DNA of 64,000 nucleotides from a plasmid: sequence record OW849071.1. One strand, given 5' to 3'. Made by a program: the position numbers and the translations under genes. Under the pieces are notes generated by a model. That model worked only from the letters and a program-made list of their open reading frames with translations. It did no database searches and had not been told where the DNA came from. Shown here piece by piece: positions 60,047 to 64,000 of this stretch (position 1 is its first letter; every line of letters starts with the position of its first letter).

Positions 60047-61402
60047 CTATTTTTTCGGAATTTCAACGGTTTTCATGTCTGTGATATACACATTCACGAG
60101 CGTACAACCGTGCGTCATGCACCGGCGGAAGCGGTAGGCGCCGTGTGTTTCGGTTTCTGCAGCACCCCGCACGCCTTTATAATCAGCGGGTAATTTCGCC
60201 CACTCGGCTTTTGTCATTTCCCGGAACCCTTCCCCCGGATAATTGACGATCGGTGGGCGCTTCGCCGCTTTCTTCGCGTCGCTGGCTTCCTCCGCTGTCG
60301 GGGCTTTGTAGTCCGTGATACGGTCGGGCGTGAGTTTCATCGTGCCGCTGTAGCCCAGAAAGCGATAACCGGGCGTTTCGACTGAACTCACCTCCCCCTT
60401 ACTCCGGTTAACCCGGAGAATGGTTAACCATTCTCCCCGGCTCAGTACCTGCCCGCCTGGTTCAAATTCCTGTGTTCGGGTGACAACGCCACCGTTTTCA
60501 TTGAGCATCGCGCGTTCGTAGGCCAGGCGGTTCTGGTAATGATTAACCCAGCGCTGTTGGTGGTTAATCGTGCGCTCATGACAGCGGATCGCAATATCAC
60601 GCGCCTGTTCAAAAGTAATGATCTCCTCCGACAGGGCAGAATGGAGAGACATCGAGCCCTCATACTGGCTTTTCTCTGCCGGGCGGGGGTATTTGTCGAG
60701 CGTGAAGCAGGCATGAATATGATCATAATTACTGACCAGTAACGCCATTTTCAGATCGAGCGTCTGCGCACGCCACATCGTCATATACTTTTCAGACCGG
60801 GCAATGTGCTTTTGGGACTTGCGTAATTCCGCCTCGATTTTTTTGATACGGCGGTAACGCACATCCGGACGCTCCTTGTATTTTGCGTGCCGCAGAGAGG
60901 CCTGCGCGCGCTGTTCCCAGTATTCCGCACGCTCGAACAGCATCACGGCACGTTTCATGCCGCTCTCAATTTTCTGCGCATGCCGGCGCGCGCGGCGCTC
61001 GCTGTGGTGGCCTACCAGGATCGGCTGTCCCAGCGGGACAGCCGATGCCAGCGAATCAACATGCGCAAGCGCCTGCTCCGATTCAACCGCCCGCCGGTCA
61101 CTGTAGTCACTGAACCGCCCGGCGCGCTGCTCCTGGCGATCAAACAGGGTGCTGTCCTCGTCCTCGATATCACCGGCGAGCGAAAGCAGGACATCCTCCC
61201 GCCCCGGCGTCCAGGCTGGCGCCACAAAGAGTTTCTGTTTGGGCGCCCAGCGAAAGCCTGCTTTGTTGATCAGGGAATACGTTTCTTCATCGAGCCGTAA
61301 TGATGCGTAAAGTCGCAATTTATTATCATCGGGTGAATAGGTTGCCCGGTAAGTCTGGCTGACGGTATTTTCCGTCATGATCTGTGCGGTAGTCGGTGTC
61401 AT
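60047..61402 (-). CDS. DUF3560-like leading-region protein (451 aa)
   Basis: Large conserved hypothetical typical of IncF leading regions, by recollection. Confidence 0.45.
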   Translation of the reverse strand: MTPTTAQIMTENTVSQTYRATYSPDDNKLRLYASLRLDEETYSLINKAGFRWAPKQKLFVAPAWTPGREDVLLSLAGDIEDEDSTLFDRQEQRAGRFSDYSDRRAVESEQALAHVDSLASAVPLGQPILVGHHSERRARRHAQKIESGMKRAVMLFERAEYWEQRAQASLRHAKYKERPDVRYRRIKKIEAELRKSQKHIARSEKYMTMWRAQTLDLKMALLVSNYDHIHACFTLDKYPRPAEKSQYEGSMSLHSALSEEIITFEQARDIAIRCHERTINHQQRWVNHYQNRLAYERAMLNENGGVVTRTQEFEPGGQVLSRGEWLTILRVNRSKGEVSSVETPGYRFLGYSGTMKLTPDRITDYKAPTAEEASDAKKAAKRPPIVNYPGEGFREMTKAEWAKLPADYKGVRGAAETETHGAYRFRRCMTHGCTLVNVYITDMKTVEIPKK

Positions 61403-61453
61403 TGTGTTTTCTCCTTCCTGCAGTTGCCGCCCCTCGCGGGGCGGCTCACCTCA

Positions 61454-61684
61454 TCAGTTAAATGCGCGTTTCAGTTCCAGCGTGCGGAGTACCTGCCCGA
61501 GGGCGGTATTTTTCATCGCGGGGATGTGGACACCGCGCCCTTTGCGGTGACTTCTGGCGATATGACGCCCGAAAGCTCTGAGAGCGGGATCAATCTCCGG
61601 TGCGGTGATATCTGCGCGCAGAATGCGCGAATGACGACGGGGCTTTACAGCGCCTGCGGAAGGTGAAAAAATAGAAACGATCAT
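61454..61684 (-). CDS. Hypothetical 76-aa protein
   Basis: Small basic ORF. Confidence 0.3.
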   Translation of the reverse strand: MIVSIFSPSAGAVKPRRHSRILRADITAPEIDPALRAFGRHIARSHRKGRGVHIPAMKNTALGQVLRTLELKRAFN

Positions 61685-61775
61685 AAAGTTGACTCCTTAT
61701 GGTAGTTAACGAAGCCGGAAAAACCGTTCGTGCGATTTTTACGGCGTGGGAGAAGCAGGGTTTACCCTGCTTTTT

Positions 61776-62003
61776 TCATACCTGCGGTTTGCTTCCCGCC
61801 TCTTCTTCCTCCTTCTGAACCTGATCGGTAATGTCTTCCGGTGCGCCCAGAAACCAGCCTTTGACGGGTTCACAGCGTTCAATAAACGCTTTTATCGCCC
61901 GTTTTCCGGTCGTGGCCTGCACCCGGGTAAACATCGGCAGATTGCCGCTGGCATTGCTTCCCAGAAATGCGATCCGATACGTTCGCAATGAAGGATCCTG
62001 CAT
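61776..62003 (-). CDS. Hypothetical 75-aa protein
   Basis: Small ORF immediately downstream of repeat B. Confidence 0.3.
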   Translation of the reverse strand: MQDPSLRTYRIAFLGSNASGNLPMFTRVQATTGKRAIKAFIERCEPVKGWFLGAPEDITDQVQKEEEEAGSKPQV

Positions 62004-62026
62004 TTTTCTTTTTCCCGATTTTTAAA

Positions 62027-62650
62027 GAACATCACCCGTTGAGTTGCCGGGGCCGCGGTTTTGACTTTGTGCGGGGACCTGCTGAACCTGCCCCCTGGTA
62101 TTAACTTCACCCGTTTGAGAGCCGTTCGCCGCAAGGGCGTAAACGAGCACGGGCGACGGCAGCTGTCCAGGGCGCGGTTTACCGCGTGCCATTTACCCTG
62201 GACGGATGATGGCGACTGTGCTTGTCTCAGCCCCGGCGAATGGACTCAAACGGGTGATACGGCGCCAGGGGGAAGGAGCAGGCACCCGCCGCAACGACGA
62301 AGAGCGCGGGCGCGAAACGGCGTTGCCCTGCAGAGTGCCGGCAGCTTTATCGCCGGCACGGTGAAAGCGGCGCGGCCGGAACGGTCGCAGCAAGCGCTGC
62401 CGTTGACCTTGACTTCAGACATCAGACACTAGCCGCCAGGCCCGAAACCGCGTAGCGGGTTCGGCGGAGTTTACCGCGTCTTTTCGCGGTTAGCGGAGTG
62501 TGGCTCGACGACTGGACAGCGCAGCTGGCCGGGAGCCGAAGGTGTCCAGTGCGGGTGTGCTTTTAAAGCCTTTAAGGGTTAAAAAGAGACATCACAGCAG
62601 GAAGAAGAAGAGAAAGCAGACAGACAGCAGGGAGCAAGCCGGAAACGTAA
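62027..62650 (+). promoter_or_regulatory. GC-rich structured repeat B (Frpo-like candidate ssDNA promoter)
   Basis: Second copy of repeat A with an internal variable segment; located upstream of a co-directional gene block. Confidence 0.5.
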
Positions 62651-62729
62651 AGATGCAGGCTGGAGAGAATATGTTTTTCATGCCGCCGGAAAGAAGCCAT
62701 GATAAACCGGCGGCATACCAGACGGGGCG

Positions 62730-63047
62730 TCAGGAACGGAGCTTATTTTCCTTCCTGAACTGCGCAACGCTATACCAGATTGAAGCCAGGAAAGCGAAAA
62801 CGGTGATCAGGACACGAAATTCGTCACCCGGCTCTTTCCCCTTCAGCATCAGCGTTATGATGATGCCGGCAACGATAATCCACGCAATACCACTCCAGAG
62901 GCGCAGCTTATCCGCCACGACATTAATCAGAACAAAAGCAACGGCCAGGATAGCCCCCCACAGAGCCGGAACAGGCTGAAACGGAATAAAAAACAGGTTA
63001 ATACCGGTTAAAAGCGTCACGGCAGCAAACATCAGAGACATACGCAC
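62730..63047 (-). CDS. Hypothetical small membrane protein (105 aa, 3 TM)
   Basis: Hydrophobic ORF. Confidence 0.4.
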   Translation of the reverse strand: MRMSLMFAAVTLLTGINLFFIPFQPVPALWGAILAVAFVLINVVADKLRLWSGIAWIIVAGIIITLMLKGKEPGDEFRVLITVFAFLASIWYSVAQFRKENKLRS

Positions 63048-63081
63048 AGATTACCCTCCCTGGACACACTGAGTAAGAAAA

Positions 63082-63351
63082 TCAATTCTGCTGATCATCG
63101 CCCGGTTTATTATATTCGGGTGCATTTGCGCGCGGCAGCTGCTGACTGTTCAGTCGATGTACGCGGAACCGTTCATGGAAATATTCGCGCAGGTGTTCAG
63201 GCTGTTCCCGTTCAACAAGTTCCGGCATGACGGGCTTGTTCATGCGCTCCTGCCAGGCAACATCAGCAGCCACCCTATCGACGGCAACTTTGTCCTGCTC
63301 CTCCTTTGAAAAAGAGGCAATATTCCACTGCGACATACGCAAAATCAGCAA
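63082..63351 (-). CDS. Hypothetical 89-aa acidic protein
   Basis: Intact ORF; GC-rich palindromic region upstream (63352..63570). Confidence 0.35.
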   Translation of the reverse strand: MLILRMSQWNIASFSKEEQDKVAVDRVAADVAWQERMNKPVMPELVEREQPEHLREYFHERFRVHRLNSQQLPRANAPEYNKPGDDQQN

Positions 63352-63572
63352 AAGAAGAAAAGGTACGCAGATATTACGCTCTTAATCCTTAACTGGCGAC
63401 CTGTTGAGGTGAGGCCAGTACGCAGCGCCGCAGGTGTGGCGAACCGCCTCACTGGCAGGCGAAGCCTGCCAGGATTTTCGCGCGGCCGCACCGATCTGCG
63501 AAGCCGGGTAAGCTCCTCACAGATCGTGCCGTCTCTGACCTTAAACGGGGCGTCGGGCGCCCCGATATAGTA

Positions 63573-63998
63573 TCAGTCCAGAGCCGCGTAAATAGCAGCG
63601 CATTCGTCATGAGAGTCAATGAAATTCCACAGCTGCGATTCCCGCAGCATCAGGTGGCGTGTCAGGGCAGCATCACCGCGTTCATGGTGCAGCCAGATAC
63701 GGCGGTTGATCGCCAGCGCCGTAATGATAACTCCGGCCGCATCCGCGCTGACGGACCGATCAAACCAGTTATCCGGGTTAGTCAGATGGAAACGGTCACC
63801 GTCAGGCATCATGTAGCCGCCGCCCTCCGGAATACGGATGAAATGCCAGAAGCCTCCGCAGTAATCGGTGATGTGTTTCTCAGCGAGCGCATAGACCTGC
63901 ATCTCTCCGGCCAGAAAATCGTTACCAAACAGATCCGGCAGGAACGAGAGACGGTCGGACTCCTCTACATTCAGCATGGTTTGACGGGCATGATACAT
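63573..63998 (-). CDS. klcA: KlcA/ArdB-family antirestriction protein
   Basis: 141 aa; ...LFGNDFLAGEMQVYALAEKHITDYCGGFWHF... resembles KlcA/ArdB. Confidence 0.65.
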   Translation of the reverse strand: MYHARQTMLNVEESDRLSFLPDLFGNDFLAGEMQVYALAEKHITDYCGGFWHFIRIPEGGGYMMPDGDRFHLTNPDNWFDRSVSADAAGVIITALAINRRIWLHHERGDAALTRHLMLRESQLWNFIDSHDECAAIYAALD

Positions 63999-64000
63999 AG

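Noticed and set aside
1-64000. Searched by eye for CRISPR arrays, tRNA/rRNA genes, retron-like msr/msd and hok/sok-type loci
   Set aside because: No regularly spaced short direct repeats with unique spacers, no cloverleaf-like tRNA sequences and no RT gene. The only regular repeats are the iterons (13705..13889) and the oriT TraM-site repeats.

Overview
This window is a segment of an IncF (F-like, FII-family) conjugative plasmid of Enterobacteriaceae; several accessory modules resemble Klebsiella pneumoniae plasmids, an association made from memory and not from a database search. It has three blocks.

Block 1 (1..15174) is a mosaic, IS26-punctuated accessory/resistance region:
- the 5' end of a class 1 integron: intI1 start, Pc promoter, attI1 and a dfrA14-type trimethoprim-resistance cassette, with the 3'-CS replaced by mobC-IS6100 (In191-like);
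- the complete EcoRII restriction-modification pair, convergently arranged;
- a small IS1 insB fragment;
- three IS26 copies plus one IS26 fragment: one copy lacks 27 bp and is fused to a Tn3-family 38-bp IR, another is inserted inside an IS26 fragment;
- an N-terminally truncated Tn2/Tn3 tnpA;
- two inverted IS66-family transposase remnants flanking a cupin plus lineage-II chlorite dismutase (cld) pair;
- a umuC fragment, a truncated SNase-like nuclease, and an orphan iteron array (4 direct 21-bp-spaced repeats plus 2 inverted copies) with AT-rich and GC-rich structured flanks next to the C-terminal stub of a rep-like gene.

Block 2 (15199..17307) is an FII-type replication control region: copB/repA2, a CopA-like antisense hairpin with terminator, an N-terminal RepA1-like ORF of 183 aa, and an overlapping full-length divergent RepA1-family ORF of 339 aa. 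An IS26 lies only 25 bp past the rep stop.

Block 3 (17443..63998) is the end of the F-like backbone:
- PLD-family nuclease, an uncharacterised four-gene cluster (NYN/OST-HTH protein, 4-TM protein, membrane-anchored DUF2726, 102-aa protein), and finO;
- a complete F-type tra operon on the minus strand (traX, traI, traD, traT, traS, traG, traH, trbB, traQ, traF, traN, trbC, traU, traW, trbI, traC, traV, traB, traK, traE, traL, traA, traY, traJ, traM);
- two unusual insertions in that operon: a 133-aa coiled-coil ORF between traU and traW, and a 2.6-kb AT-rich island of seven small membrane/secreted ORFs where traR normally sits between traV and traC;
- FinP region, oriT (F-like nic motif and TraM-site repeats) and gene X lytic transglycosylase;
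- the proximal leading region with two ~600-bp GC-rich hairpin-forming repeats (Frpo-like ssDNA-promoter candidates), an orphan N6-adenine methyltransferase, DUF932, DUF3560 and KlcA/ArdB-family genes.

No tRNA, rRNA or CRISPR array was seen. Every identification rests on by-eye recognition of protein and DNA signatures; no searches were run.
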